Shown: positions 8,057 to 18,515 of the stretch, one piece after another
How positions within the stretch are numbered: the stretch's first letter is position 1
Layout of the letters: each line of letters opens with the position of its first letter
NCBI GenBank assembly: GCA_903885445.1
Contig: CAISIO010000006.1
Coordinates: 79,309-143,308 of the forward strand
Direction: 5' to 3'
DNA length: 64,000 nt
Source: Candidatus Staskawiczbacteria bacterium
Lineage (GTDB): Bacteria; Patescibacteriota; Minisyncoccia; Minisyncoccales; Staskawiczbacteraceae
Translations under genes and position numbers: made by a program
The notes under the pieces: generated by a model
What the model saw: the letters and a program-made list of their open reading frames with translations, nothing else
Databases searched by the model: none
What the model was told of the DNA's origin: nothing

Positions 8057-8798
8057 CATCATATTCATCAAGCGGTTCAGGTATAATAATTTTTACCGTG
8101 CCGCTTTTTATTTTGTCTTTTAATTTGGGCAAATCATTTTTCCTGAAATCGCGATTCATATGCGTTAATGCCAAACATTTAACTTTATTTTCTTCGGCAA
8201 ATTTTATAGCAGAAACAATTGAGGAGTGACCAATTTTTTCCTGGTCATATAAATAAGTTTCCAAAACCAGCAGGTCTAATCCTTTATAAAAATCTGTCCC
8301 GGGTATCGGCGATCCATCTCCGCCATACGCATAAATATTATTCCCATCATCTATTTTTACGGCCAAGTTTTCTCCAGAATGAACCGTCTTTGCAAAAGAT
8401 AATTTTAAGTCTTGAAAATTTATCTGTTTATCGTCTTTTGACTCAACCAGGTTAATTTTATATTCAAATAGTTCCATAAACCCGCTGTAAATGGACTCCA
8501 TAAATCCTGCAAAATGGTCTTTTATGTTATTTTGGCAAATGATAGTAAGGTCTCTTTTCCTTCCGCCTTCCCACATCCTTAAAAGTAAAGCCGGCAATCC
8601 TAAAAAATGGTCGCCATGAATATGGCTTATACAGATTGCGTCCAAAAAATTTGGGTCTGGATTAAACTTCCACATTTGCCAAGGAATGGTAAAACCGCAG
8701 TCCAAAAGCAACTTGGTTTTATCTGTTAGAACCAAACTGGAATTATTGGGATAATTTTCATCAAACGCCTCGCCAACTCCTAAAAATATAACTTTCAT
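8028..8798 (-). CDS. metallo-beta-lactamase-fold hydrolase
   Basis: HIHGDH (HxHxDH) motif. The ATG at 8798 (MKVIFLGVGEAF) forms an ATGA overlap with the PAP2 stop. The 3' end overlaps tRNA-Leu on the opposite strand by 29 nt. Confidence 0.75.
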   Translation of the reverse strand: MKVIFLGVGEAFDENYPNNSSLVLTDKTKLLLDCGFTIPWQMWKFNPDPNFLDAICISHIHGDHFLGLPALLLRMWEGGRKRDLTIICQNNIKDHFAGFMESIYSGFMELFEYKINLVESKDDKQINFQDLKLSFAKTVHSGENLAVKIDDGNNIYAYGGDGSPIPGTDFYKGLDLLVLETYLYDQEKIGHSSIVSAIKFAEENKVKCLALTHMNRDFRKNDLPKLKDKIKSGTVKIIIPEPLDEYDVPREGIEPS

Positions 8799-9295
8799 GG
8801 GTTTATGTAATTTATTAGGCCCGCTAATGCCAGAGCAGATAATAACCCGGTCAAAACTCCCGCTAAAATATCGTGAAACCAATGGACTCCGCAAAAAACC
8901 CTGGCAACACCCACCAAGCAAGAACAAACGACAAATAATATCGCCAGGGGGACGCTATAAAAAAACAGATAGAAAGATGTCCCGAAAAGAAGAGCTGCGT
9001 GGCGCGAAGGAAAAGACGGATTTTTGGGAACAGGTATTAAAACTTTCGCACTTCTTAATTCAGCTGGCCTCTCTTCCTTGTAAAACAGATAAATTATTTT
9101 AGTTATGACAAAAGCTGCAAATAACCCTGAAAAAAATGGGTAAATAAACATCCTCCAATTTCCGGTGATTACCGTTGCGGCAAATAAAAAAATCAGCAAA
9201 ACATACAAAAAATACCTTGCGCAGAAAATTGCAAAACCATCAAGCAGTTTTGACTTATTGGCGAAACGGTTAATGTTTTTAAAAACTGAAAACAT
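8795..9295 (-). CDS. PAP2-family membrane phosphatase (BcrC-like)
   Basis: PAP2 motifs KEERP, PSRH and ARVFCGVHWFHD. Several hydrophobic segments. Confidence 0.8.
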   Translation of the reverse strand: MFSVFKNINRFANKSKLLDGFAIFCARYFLYVLLIFLFAATVITGNWRMFIYPFFSGLFAAFVITKIIYLFYKEERPAELRSAKVLIPVPKNPSFPSRHAALLFGTSFYLFFYSVPLAILFVVCSCLVGVARVFCGVHWFHDILAGVLTGLLSALALAGLINYINP

Positions 9296-9302
9296 TCATG
9301 AG

Positions 9303-10550
<1,248 letters not shown>

Positions 10551-10554
10551 AATT

Positions 10555-11115
10555 TTATCTTATTATTTTAATAGCATCTTTTGTTAAATCTATTATGGAC
10601 GAAGCATTCCTTTTTGGCAAATCGCCCTCGTCAATAATCAAAATATCTTCGCCTTCAAATTGAGACTTAATTTTCTCTATTTCGGTTAATGGATTTTCTC
10701 CGGAAATATTGGCAGATGTTTGGGCTAAGGGAAAATTAAATCCTTCAAAAATATTTTTTAACAAGTCATGGCCAGGAATTCTAATTCCGATAGATCCATC
10801 TTTATAAACCAAATCAGACAATATCTTATTTTTCGCCCTTACAATAATTGTGGTTTTGCTATCCTTTAAAAATTCTTCCGCGGGCTTATTAATTTCCGCA
10901 AATTCCCGCGCCATTTCAATATCTTTTACAAACACTGCTAATGGTTTTGGTTTATTTCTTTTTTTTATTTCAAAAATTTTTTCAACTGCTTTTCCATTTT
11001 TAGCGTCACAAACTAACCCATAAACAGTGTCTGTCGGCAGAACCAAAACTGCGCCGTTTTCCAGGGCAGTTATAATTTCTTTTAAATTTTCCTCACCTGC
11101 TTTCAGCGACTTCAT
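10555..11115 (-). CDS. tsaC: threonylcarbamoyl-AMP synthase (YrdC/Sua5 family)
   Basis: VLVLPTDTVYGLVCDA and AQTSANISG motifs. Confidence 0.85.
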   Translation of the reverse strand: MKSLKAGEENLKEIITALENGAVLVLPTDTVYGLVCDAKNGKAVEKIFEIKKRNKPKPLAVFVKDIEMAREFAEINKPAEEFLKDSKTTIIVRAKNKILSDLVYKDGSIGIRIPGHDLLKNIFEGFNFPLAQTSANISGENPLTEIEKIKSQFEGEDILIIDEGDLPKRNASSIIDLTKDAIKIIR

Positions 11116-11827
11116 CTTTCAAAAATTTTGAGCATTTTTCTATGTCATCAGGATTTCCAAAGTCCATCCAGCCGTCTTTCATCTCTATAACTTTTACTTT
11201 TCCCTCTTCCGCCAGAAGGGAAAGAACGTCCGTAAGTTCGTATTCTCCGCGTAGAGATTTTTCAATTAATGGCAACTTTTTAAAAACATCGCTCGTAAAT
11301 TTATAAAGCCCCGTGTTTATCAAATTCCCCACATATTCTTTTGGCTTTTCGATGATTTCTTTTAGCAAGTCTCCCTCTGTTATCAAAACTCCGTATTTTT
11401 CCGGGTTCTCATGAATTAATCCCGCAACATAATTAAAATCATCGTCCTTCTGCATCCTGTTTAAATCCGCTACAGAATACAAATTATCGCCGTAGATAGA
11501 TAAAAACTGTTTACCTTTTACAATATCTTTTACGCACATCAACGGGCAAGCCGTGCCATACATTTTCTCTTTAGGGCCTAAAATATCAAACTGGTTTACG
11601 ACTTTAGCTTTATATCCATAATCTTTCAAAAACTGCTCCATTAAATTACTGCTGAACCCCACAACCAAAATAAACTCTTCAAATCCTGCTGCAAGAAGAT
11701 TGTCTAGTACATAAGCCAAAAAAGGTTTTTCATTAACCTCTATTAAATGCTTGGATTTATCTTTTGTCAGCTCCTTCATGCGAGTTCCTTGACCCGCGGC
11801 TGCGATAACAACAGTTTTAATTGCCAT
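11093..11827 (-). CDS. sugar-phosphate nucleotidyltransferase
   Basis: IAAAGQGTRM (GxGTRx) signature. The ORF-track start at 11839 is TTG; the ATG at 11827 gives MAIKTVVIAAAG. Confidence 0.8.
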   Translation of the reverse strand: MAIKTVVIAAAGQGTRMKELTKDKSKHLIEVNEKPFLAYVLDNLLAAGFEEFILVVGFSSNLMEQFLKDYGYKAKVVNQFDILGPKEKMYGTACPLMCVKDIVKGKQFLSIYGDNLYSVADLNRMQKDDDFNYVAGLIHENPEKYGVLITEGDLLKEIIEKPKEYVGNLINTGLYKFTSDVFKKLPLIEKSLRGEYELTDVLSLLAEEGKVKVIEMKDGWMDFGNPDDIEKCSKFLKDEVAESR

Positions 11828-12386
11828 AACCCAATTCAAAGGCCTTAATATTCAAATCAAGATATTTTTCCGGAATAACATTTTTTATCGCCCGCAAAAC
11901 TGATTCCTTTTTCAATGGCAATAATTTTTTTACGACAGCGTATCCCAAAAGATAGAGGGTACAAACAATTTCATTTTGTAATTTTTCTTTGCAATCTTTT
12001 GAGGCGGACACTAAATAAAAATCCTTTTTAGTCTCGCCCAGCTGTTTTATTATGTCTTCTTTCGCGGGAGAATTTAAAAACGGCAAAAAATATTCATTGA
12101 CCAAAATTTTGGTTTGTTTGCCGGCTTTTGACGATTCCCTTAATCCCTCTAACGCTTCCAAGGCAAGAATTAAATCCGCGCTTCCGTTGGAAACCATAGG
12201 CGAATAAACTTTTTTACCGAATCTTATGTGCGCCTCAACGCTTCCGCCTCTTTGCGAAAGCCCGTGCAATTCAGACGATTTTATATCAAACCCCTCCACA
12301 AATGCGGCTTCATCCATCACTTGCAATAAAGTTATTATCCCCTGCCCGCCGACCCCTGCAATGATTATATTGAATGTTTTATCCAT
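11817..12386 (-). CDS. iorB: indolepyruvate/2-oxoacid:ferredoxin oxidoreductase, beta (gamma-domain) subunit
   Basis: NIIIAGVGGQGIITL block. The ATG at 12386 overlaps the iorA stop by 8 nt. Confidence 0.75.
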   Translation of the reverse strand: MDKTFNIIIAGVGGQGIITLLQVMDEAAFVEGFDIKSSELHGLSQRGGSVEAHIRFGKKVYSPMVSNGSADLILALEALEGLRESSKAGKQTKILVNEYFLPFLNSPAKEDIIKQLGETKKDFYLVSASKDCKEKLQNEIVCTLYLLGYAVVKKLLPLKKESVLRAIKNVIPEKYLDLNIKAFELGYGN

Positions 12387-13995
12387 TTTTTTGTCTGCGC
12401 GCCAAAAGCGCACATATTCTTTTACAAATTATTATTGAAACTTCGTCTTTTACTAAAAATTCTTTTATAGCCATTTCAAAATCTTGCGCGTTTATAGGGT
12501 CTAAAACTTTTATATTTTTCACTCCGCAGGCCTTTGCGATATCTTCTATTTTCACCTCTTCAACGATGTCTCCCATCAAAGTTTTTCCCATTCCAGGATT
12601 TACTTGGTGGCCGGTCATTGCTGTTATTCGGTTATCTAAAACCACAACTAATGGATTCGATCTGTTATAAACCGCGTTCACAAGAGCCGGAATTCCAGAA
12701 TGGAAAAAAGTTCCATCTCCCATCATTGAAATAACTTTCTGATTTGTGGATTTTTTTATTCCGTGGGAAATTCCCAAGCTTGCTCCCATTGAAAAAAGCG
12801 TGTCGTGCATGTTGTGCGGGGGAAGTCCCGCAATCATATTGCACCCGATATCTCCGCCAAAAATCGCATCGGGAGCAACTCTTTTTAAAACCGGAAAAAT
12901 ATACCAGTATGGGCAACCATCGCAAAGCCGGGCGGATCTTTTAGGCAAATTCAACGCAGGCGATTTATTATTAACAAATTTCTTGCCGGTTATTTTAGAC
13001 AAAGCAACGCATATTTTTTCTGAATTTAATTCTCCGGTTCCCGGTAAGACATTTTTCCCAAAAATATTCAATTTAAGATTCGTATCTTTTGCCAGAGCAG
13101 TAATTTCCTTTTCCAGATACGGATCCAATTCCTCGGCAACCAATATGCTTTTTTTATCTTTTATGAAATTAGCAACAATCTTTTTAGGAAACGGATAAAA
13201 AAAACTTAATTTTAAAACCGGCAAATCCAAACCCATCGTTTCCAGCGCCTCTAAAACATGCAAATATGAAATTCCTGAGGCGATTATTCCTGTCTTGTTT
13301 TTTCTTTTTGAAACCTTATTGGCTTTTGATTTTTCCGCAAATTGCCTGACCTTCTCAAGTTTTTCCAGCAATTCATTTTTCATTTCCATAGTCCGCGGAG
13401 GCATTGTGGAAAACTGGCGCGGATTTTTTATAAATTCACCAATGGGCCGTATGCCCGGCTTCCTTTCCCCAAAATTTACCGGCGATCTTTGATGCGCCAC
13501 TCTTGTGGTCGCGCGCAAAATTACCGGCACATTAAACTTTTCAGAAATTTCAAAACCAAGCATTGTGAAATCATAGCATTCCTGCGGATCAGACGGCTCT
13601 AAAACAGGTATTTTTCCTAAATAAGCGTAACCTCTGGAGTCTTGCTCTGATTGCGCCGAACTGTGGCAACCTGGGTCATCTCCAACAAAAATAACCATTG
13701 CTCCCTTTGTGCCCGTGTATGCTAAAGGAAACAAGCTATCAGAACAAACATTTATGCCAAAGCTCTTCATATTAACCAAAACTTTCAACCCCGAAAAACT
13801 GGCGCCGATTCCCGCTTCCAGTCCGGTTTTTTCGTTGGTTGACCACTCGGCATAAATTCCATTCTCTTTGGCGACTTTCCCGATTATATCTCCAATTTCA
13901 GCCGAAGGGCACCCCGGATATCCGGAAACAAACTGCACTCCGGCCGCCAGCGCGGCTTTAACTATTGCCTCATTCCCCAATAGAATTTTTTTCAT
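12379..13995 (-). CDS. iorA: indolepyruvate/2-oxoacid:ferredoxin oxidoreductase, alpha (TPP-binding) subunit
   Basis: N-terminal GNEAIVKAALAAGVQFVSGYPGCPSAEI and TPP block GDIGC..MGDGTFFHSG. Confidence 0.8.
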   Translation of the reverse strand: MKKILLGNEAIVKAALAAGVQFVSGYPGCPSAEIGDIIGKVAKENGIYAEWSTNEKTGLEAGIGASFSGLKVLVNMKSFGINVCSDSLFPLAYTGTKGAMVIFVGDDPGCHSSAQSEQDSRGYAYLGKIPVLEPSDPQECYDFTMLGFEISEKFNVPVILRATTRVAHQRSPVNFGERKPGIRPIGEFIKNPRQFSTMPPRTMEMKNELLEKLEKVRQFAEKSKANKVSKRKNKTGIIASGISYLHVLEALETMGLDLPVLKLSFFYPFPKKIVANFIKDKKSILVAEELDPYLEKEITALAKDTNLKLNIFGKNVLPGTGELNSEKICVALSKITGKKFVNNKSPALNLPKRSARLCDGCPYWYIFPVLKRVAPDAIFGGDIGCNMIAGLPPHNMHDTLFSMGASLGISHGIKKSTNQKVISMMGDGTFFHSGIPALVNAVYNRSNPLVVVLDNRITAMTGHQVNPGMGKTLMGDIVEEVKIEDIAKACGVKNIKVLDPINAQDFEMAIKEFLVKDEVSIIICKRICALLARRQKNG

Positions 13996-16461
13996 TTAAA
14001 TGACAATATTTATTAATTTATTTGGCACAAAGATTATTTTTTTGACTTCGGCTTCGCCGAGAAAGGCTTTTATTTTATCTGATGCCATAACCAGTTTTTC
14101 CGCTTCTTTTTGCGAAATTCCCGATTTGGCTTCTATCTTATCACGAACCTTGCCGTTTATTTGCACAATCAAAAGTATGTTTTTTTCTTCAATTAATTTT
14201 TCATCAAACTTTGGCCATTTTTGCTGGCTACACATTCCTTTTAATTCCGCGGTTTCCCAAAGTTCTTCTGCTAAGTGCGGAGCAAAGGGAGACAAAATTA
14301 TCAAAAAATATGACGAATCTTTCTTATCTAACCCTTTTTCTGAAACCTGCCAGGCATTAATAAATTCCATCATCGAGGAAACAGAAGTATTAAATTTCAT
14401 CAACTCAATATCTTCTGAGATTTTTTTGATTGTTTTGTGTAAAATCTTTTTCAGGCCCTCGTCTGTTTTTTCAGCTGTTATTTTATTTGTCGCTAAGTTA
14501 TAAACTTTTTCAATAAACCTTCTGCATCCCACAACTCCTTTCGTATCCCACGGAATCATTTGCTCAAACGGCCCCATAAACATTTCGTAAAGCCTAAGAG
14601 TATCTGCTCCGTATTGCTTTACAATTGTATCAGGATTTATAACATTTCCCTTGGATTTTGACATCTTAATTCCGCCTTCGCCCAAAACCATTCCGTGGGA
14701 AGTTCTTTTTTTATAAGGTTCTGCTCCAACCGTCGCAGGAACCGCTTTTATATCCCACAAAAATTTAAAAATAAACCTAGAATATAAAAGGTGCAAAGTC
14801 GTGTGCTCCATCCCGCCGTTATACCAATCAACCGGCATCCAATATTTTACTATTGATTCATCGGCTAATTTTTTACCGTTTTTTGGATCTGTGTATCGTA
14901 AATAATACCAGTTTGAACCGGCCCAATTCGGCATTGTGTCTGTTTCCCTTTGAGCTAAGCCTCCGCATTCCGGACATTTAATTTCCACCCATTTTTTAAT
15001 TGCAGAAAGCGGAGATTCGCCGGTGTCTGTCGGCACATATTTTTTCACATTAGGCAATTTAACCGGTAAATCTTTTTCTTCAACAGGACGCCAGCCTGCT
15101 TGCGGAGAGCCCCCCATCAAGGCGCATTTTTTACAATAAATCATTGGAATGGGCTCGCCCCAATAATGCTGGCGCGAAAAAACCCAATCCCTTAATTTAT
15201 AACTTACTTTTGGCTGGGCAAAACCTTTTGACGCAAGCCATAAAATTATCTGCGGTCTGGCTTCAATGGATTTTAACCCGTCAAATTGCATAGAGTTGTA
15301 AAGCGTGCCCTCACCTTCAAAACATTCCTCTGAGTTTTTAACTTTTTGCGCCAGCGCTTCGTCATCGGGCTTTATAGAGGTCCGCAAAGGAATGCTATAT
15401 TTTTTTGCCATCTTAAAATCCCTTTTATCATGCGCGTCAGCAAAAACAGCTCCGGTGCCATATTGCTCTAAAACAAAGTCAGCAGTCCACACCGGCATCT
15501 CTTCGTTGGTCGCCGGATTCCTGACCGTAATTCCTTTTAACTGCACTCCGGTTATGTCTTTATCCTGATTTGTCCTATCTATATCAGAACTGTTTTTTAC
15601 TTCCTCCCTGTATTTTAAAACCTCGTCTATATTCTCTATTTTATTTTTATACTTGTCTATAAAGGCGTGACCTGGTGCCAAAATCAAAAACGTCCCAGAG
15701 AATATTGTATCAATCCTGGTTGTAAAAACATCTAAAGTTTCTTCAATTCCTTCAACTTTAAACCTTAGCAAAGCTCCGTGTGATTCTCCAATCCAATCTT
15801 TCTGCTGTGTTTTAATTTTTTCCAAATAATCAACCTGGTCTAAATCTTTAATCAACCTGTCAGCATAATTGGTAATCTTTATCATCCACTGCTCTTTTTC
15901 CCTTTTCTCAACCTTTGTCCCGCACCTTTCGCATTTGCCGTCAATAACTTCTTCGTTTGCTAAACCAATTTTACATGAAGAACACCAGTTAATCGCAATC
16001 TTGTCTTTATATGCTAAACCGTTTTTAAACAGCTGGATAAAAATCCACTGCGTCCATTTGTAATATTTCGGGTCGGTTGTATTAATTTCGCGAGACCAGT
16101 CAAAAGACCAGCCCAAGCTTTTCATCTGACGTCTAAAATTATCAGTATTCTTTTTTGTAACAATAGACGGATGGACTCCTTTTTTAATGGCGTAATTTTC
16201 AGTGGGTAAACCAAAAGCGTCCCAACCCATTGGATACAGAACATTATAACCTTGCATCCTTCTCTTGCGGGCAACCACATCTAAAGCAGTGTAGCTCCGG
16301 CAATGGCCCACATGAAGCCCGTCTCCCGAAGGATACGGGAATTCCACCAAAAGGTAAAATTTCTTCTTTTTAGAGCCATTTTTGGCCTTAAAAGCGCCAG
16401 AATTGTACCATTTCTCCTGCCATTTCTCCTCTATTTTTTTCGGATTATATTTTGCTGACAT
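13996..16461 (-). CDS. leuS: leucyl-tRNA synthetase
   Basis: Class I motifs PSGDGLHVGH and KMSKSKGN. Editing-domain-sized insertion; 821 aa. Confidence 0.95.
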   Translation of the reverse strand: MSAKYNPKKIEEKWQEKWYNSGAFKAKNGSKKKKFYLLVEFPYPSGDGLHVGHCRSYTALDVVARKRRMQGYNVLYPMGWDAFGLPTENYAIKKGVHPSIVTKKNTDNFRRQMKSLGWSFDWSREINTTDPKYYKWTQWIFIQLFKNGLAYKDKIAINWCSSCKIGLANEEVIDGKCERCGTKVEKREKEQWMIKITNYADRLIKDLDQVDYLEKIKTQQKDWIGESHGALLRFKVEGIEETLDVFTTRIDTIFSGTFLILAPGHAFIDKYKNKIENIDEVLKYREEVKNSSDIDRTNQDKDITGVQLKGITVRNPATNEEMPVWTADFVLEQYGTGAVFADAHDKRDFKMAKKYSIPLRTSIKPDDEALAQKVKNSEECFEGEGTLYNSMQFDGLKSIEARPQIILWLASKGFAQPKVSYKLRDWVFSRQHYWGEPIPMIYCKKCALMGGSPQAGWRPVEEKDLPVKLPNVKKYVPTDTGESPLSAIKKWVEIKCPECGGLAQRETDTMPNWAGSNWYYLRYTDPKNGKKLADESIVKYWMPVDWYNGGMEHTTLHLLYSRFIFKFLWDIKAVPATVGAEPYKKRTSHGMVLGEGGIKMSKSKGNVINPDTIVKQYGADTLRLYEMFMGPFEQMIPWDTKGVVGCRRFIEKVYNLATNKITAEKTDEGLKKILHKTIKKISEDIELMKFNTSVSSMMEFINAWQVSEKGLDKKDSSYFLIILSPFAPHLAEELWETAELKGMCSQQKWPKFDEKLIEEKNILLIVQINGKVRDKIEAKSGISQKEAEKLVMASDKIKAFLGEAEVKKIIFVPNKLINIVI

Positions 16462-16508
16462 ATTTTAAAGTTTTTCTATTTTACCACAACTGGCTTGCAA
16501 CAAAAAGA

Positions 16509-16536
16509 TTGACAAACAATTTAAAAATACTATAGT
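16509..16536 (+). promoter_or_regulatory. sigma70-like promoter of the receiver-domain gene
   Basis: TTGACA (16509..16514), a 16-nt spacer, then TATAGT (16531..16536). Downstream: AAAGGAG, then 7 nt, then GTG at 16596. Confidence 0.45.
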
Positions 16537-16595
16537 AATATATTGCGTCAGAAATAGATCCGAACAAGTCTCCAACCAGACAAAGGAGCAAAACT

Positions 16596-16961
16596 GTGGC
16601 TGACATCCTGTTGGTAGAGCCCGCTGCGCAGGTCGTAGAATACCTGCTCGGCATGCTCGCTAGGCACAATGTAACTCAGGTGCCCGATGCCGCAATGGCA
16701 AGAAGTATCATGGCGGAAGGAAGGAAATTCGATCTCCTGATTACCGCCGATAACCTTCGCGGCCAGAGCGGCTTGGAACTGATCGGATGGACACGGACCC
16801 ACTGTCCGAGAGCCCTCCGCACTGTTCTCATGAGCCCCTCGGAGCCGCCCAGCCACAAGGCCCACGGCTTCGTCAAGAAGCCGAAGTACAGGGGCTTCGT
16901 GGCAATCGTCGACAGGCTACTAGCCAGTCAGCCGACACCCGCCACAATTCCAGCGGCCTAA
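16596..16961 (+). CDS. G+C-rich stand-alone response-regulator receiver (REC) domain protein, atypical acidic pocket
   Basis: REC layout: ILLVEP (beta1), FDLLITAD (beta3, D52), VLMSPS (beta4, S80), GFVKKP (beta5, K95-P96). No output domain. GTG start with a strong SD. Confidence 0.7.
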   Translation: MADILLVEPAAQVVEYLLGMLARHNVTQVPDAAMARSIMAEGRKFDLLITADNLRGQSGLELIGWTRTHCPRALRTVLMSPSEPPSHKAHGFVKKPKYRGFVAIVDRLLASQPTPATIPAA

Positions 16962-16985
16962 CAAGGCGCCGTTCATCGCACACCA

Positions 16986-17011
16986 GGGCCTCCCGCGAGG
17001 TCTCTTTTTTT
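16986..17011 (+). terminator. Rho-independent terminator of the receiver gene
   Basis: Hairpin GGGCCTC-CCGC-GAGGTCT (with G-U wobbles) followed by C and seven T. The T-tract abuts the tatD stop codon on the opposite strand. Confidence 0.6.
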
Positions 17012-17828
17012 ATATGGAGAATAATTTTTTGGCGTTTTTGGTGGTTGCAAGCGCAACTTCGTCAAAACTTATTCCCTTTAAATTAGCTATTTTTTGGACA
17101 ACATGTTTTACAAAAATCGGCTCGTTCCTCTTGTCTTTGCCTTCTGCCAACGGTGTTAAATATGGGCAATCAGTTTCAACCAAAATTCTATCTAACGGAG
17201 TTTTTATAATTACATCTTTTAAATCCAATTTATCTATTATTCCATTAATACCGATATAAAACCCTAAATCCATATATTGTTGCGCTTCTTCTATCGTCCC
17301 GGTAAAACAATGAATCACCCCTCGTAATTTACGTGCTTTTAAAATTTCGTATAAATCAGCAAATGCCATTCTGCAATGGACAATTACAGGTAGACTCAAT
17401 TCCTCCGCTAATTCTAACTGTTCTACAAAAACTTTTTTCTGCAACTCCTTAAACTTTTCAAGCCGTGCCGTTGTTTTTGGTTTGTAATAATAATCCAAAC
17501 CAATTTCGCCAATCGCCACCACCTTTTTAGACCTCGCTAGTTTTTTATATTTTTCTTTATCAAACTCTTCTCCAAGGGGCCGAAAAGCCCCTTCCTCCTC
17601 GTCCATTTTCAGCTTCAATAAATCCGTTTTAATATGAATCGGATGCATTCCGATGGCAGCAAAAATTCCCTCGCTGCTTTCGGCCAGCTCAACGGCCCGC
17701 TTTGAGGTTTCATATTTTGTACCGACATCGATACAAACAATGCCCTCTTTTTGAGCTCGTTTTATTACCTCTCCTCTATCAACATCGTATGCCTTAAAAT
17801 TTAAATGGCTATGTGTATCAGTCAACAT
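17010..17828 (-). CDS. tatD: TatD-family metal-dependent hydrolase/DNase
   Basis: MLTDTHSHLNF, EIGLDYYY, VIVHCR and ETDCPYLTP motifs. Confidence 0.9.
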   Translation of the reverse strand: MLTDTHSHLNFKAYDVDRGEVIKRAQKEGIVCIDVGTKYETSKRAVELAESSEGIFAAIGMHPIHIKTDLLKLKMDEEEGAFRPLGEEFDKEKYKKLARSKKVVAIGEIGLDYYYKPKTTARLEKFKELQKKVFVEQLELAEELSLPVIVHCRMAFADLYEILKARKLRGVIHCFTGTIEEAQQYMDLGFYIGINGIIDKLDLKDVIIKTPLDRILVETDCPYLTPLAEGKDKRNEPIFVKHVVQKIANLKGISFDEVALATTKNAKKLFSI

Positions 17829-17834
17829 ATTATA

Positions 17835-18515
17835 CTATTTTACTCTAACAAAGCCCTCTCTAATTTCTCCCTCTAAAAAATCTTCCACCTCGGTTTGGGT
17901 CTTTTCTTCGATTCTATCAACTTTTGACAACTCCTCTTCTACGTTACCCCAAAATGCCTGCAAAACGGCAAGGGCCCCTTCTTGTTTGGCCAAGGAAAAA
18001 AAGAAACCGAATATATATGTTTTCCTCGGACTGTTGCTGTCGGAGTAGATTACATCTTGAGCGAATGGTTTAGTCGAATTATCTAAGGAGATACAATCTA
18101 ATCCTAACTGCTTATTAGTAGAATCGATAACGCTTTCAAAAAAAGCATTTAGTGACTGTTCTATTTGCTTCCTTTGTTTAGACGACACATTTTTCGCCGG
18201 AGCGCTAAACATAATTTCCGGTTCTCTTGGGTGTTTATTCACTTTACCCACAAGTTCGGGCAATGTTGGAGCATTAGCCAAAGAGCCATCCTCTTGCACA
18301 TGGCCAGAACATGAACCTTCTGTTTTTATGCCCGACTTAGGAAATTCTCTCCTAGCTATCCTGTTGAGCCTCTTTAGTATACTCACGATTGGCTTGTCTG
18401 CGCAATCTAAGTCTTCCCAAAGCTCCTTTTCTTCCGGAGAAACGGGTAAAAAATTTTGCGCTTGTTCGGCTCTAGCCTCCTTAAATTTTTCCGGCATAAT
18501 TTTTTTATTTTGCAA
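17835..18515 (-). CDS. hypothetical protein (226 aa)
   Basis: Long ORF overlapping the metG stop by 11 nt. No motif recognised. Confidence 0.6.
   Translation of the reverse strand: MQNKKIMPEKFKEARAEQAQNFLPVSPEEKELWEDLDCADKPIVSILKRLNRIARREFPKSGIKTEGSCSGHVQEDGSLANAPTLPELVGKVNKHPREPEIMFSAPAKNVSSKQRKQIEQSLNAFFESVIDSTNKQLGLDCISLDNSTKPFAQDVIYSDSNSPRKTYIFGFFFSLAKQEGALAVLQAFWGNVEEELSKVDRIEEKTQTEVEDFLEGEIREGFVRVK

Noticed and set aside
8799-8927. N-terminal extensions of ORF-track ORFs (8799..8927, 40144..40365, 52778..52990, 31908..31964, 45309..45392, 12387..12413, 32530..32586)
   Set aside because: The extensions overlap upstream genes or promoters and translate to implausible sequence. Internal ATG codons match the conserved family N-termini and give compact gene spacing.
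16481-17086. Minus-strand ORFs 16481..16669, 16548..16865 and 16676..16876, and plus-strand ORF 16787..17086, overlapping the receiver gene
   Set aside because: Only the 16596..16961 frame gives a recognisable REC fold and has SD, promoter and terminator in the right places. The others are shadow frames of G+C-rich sequence.
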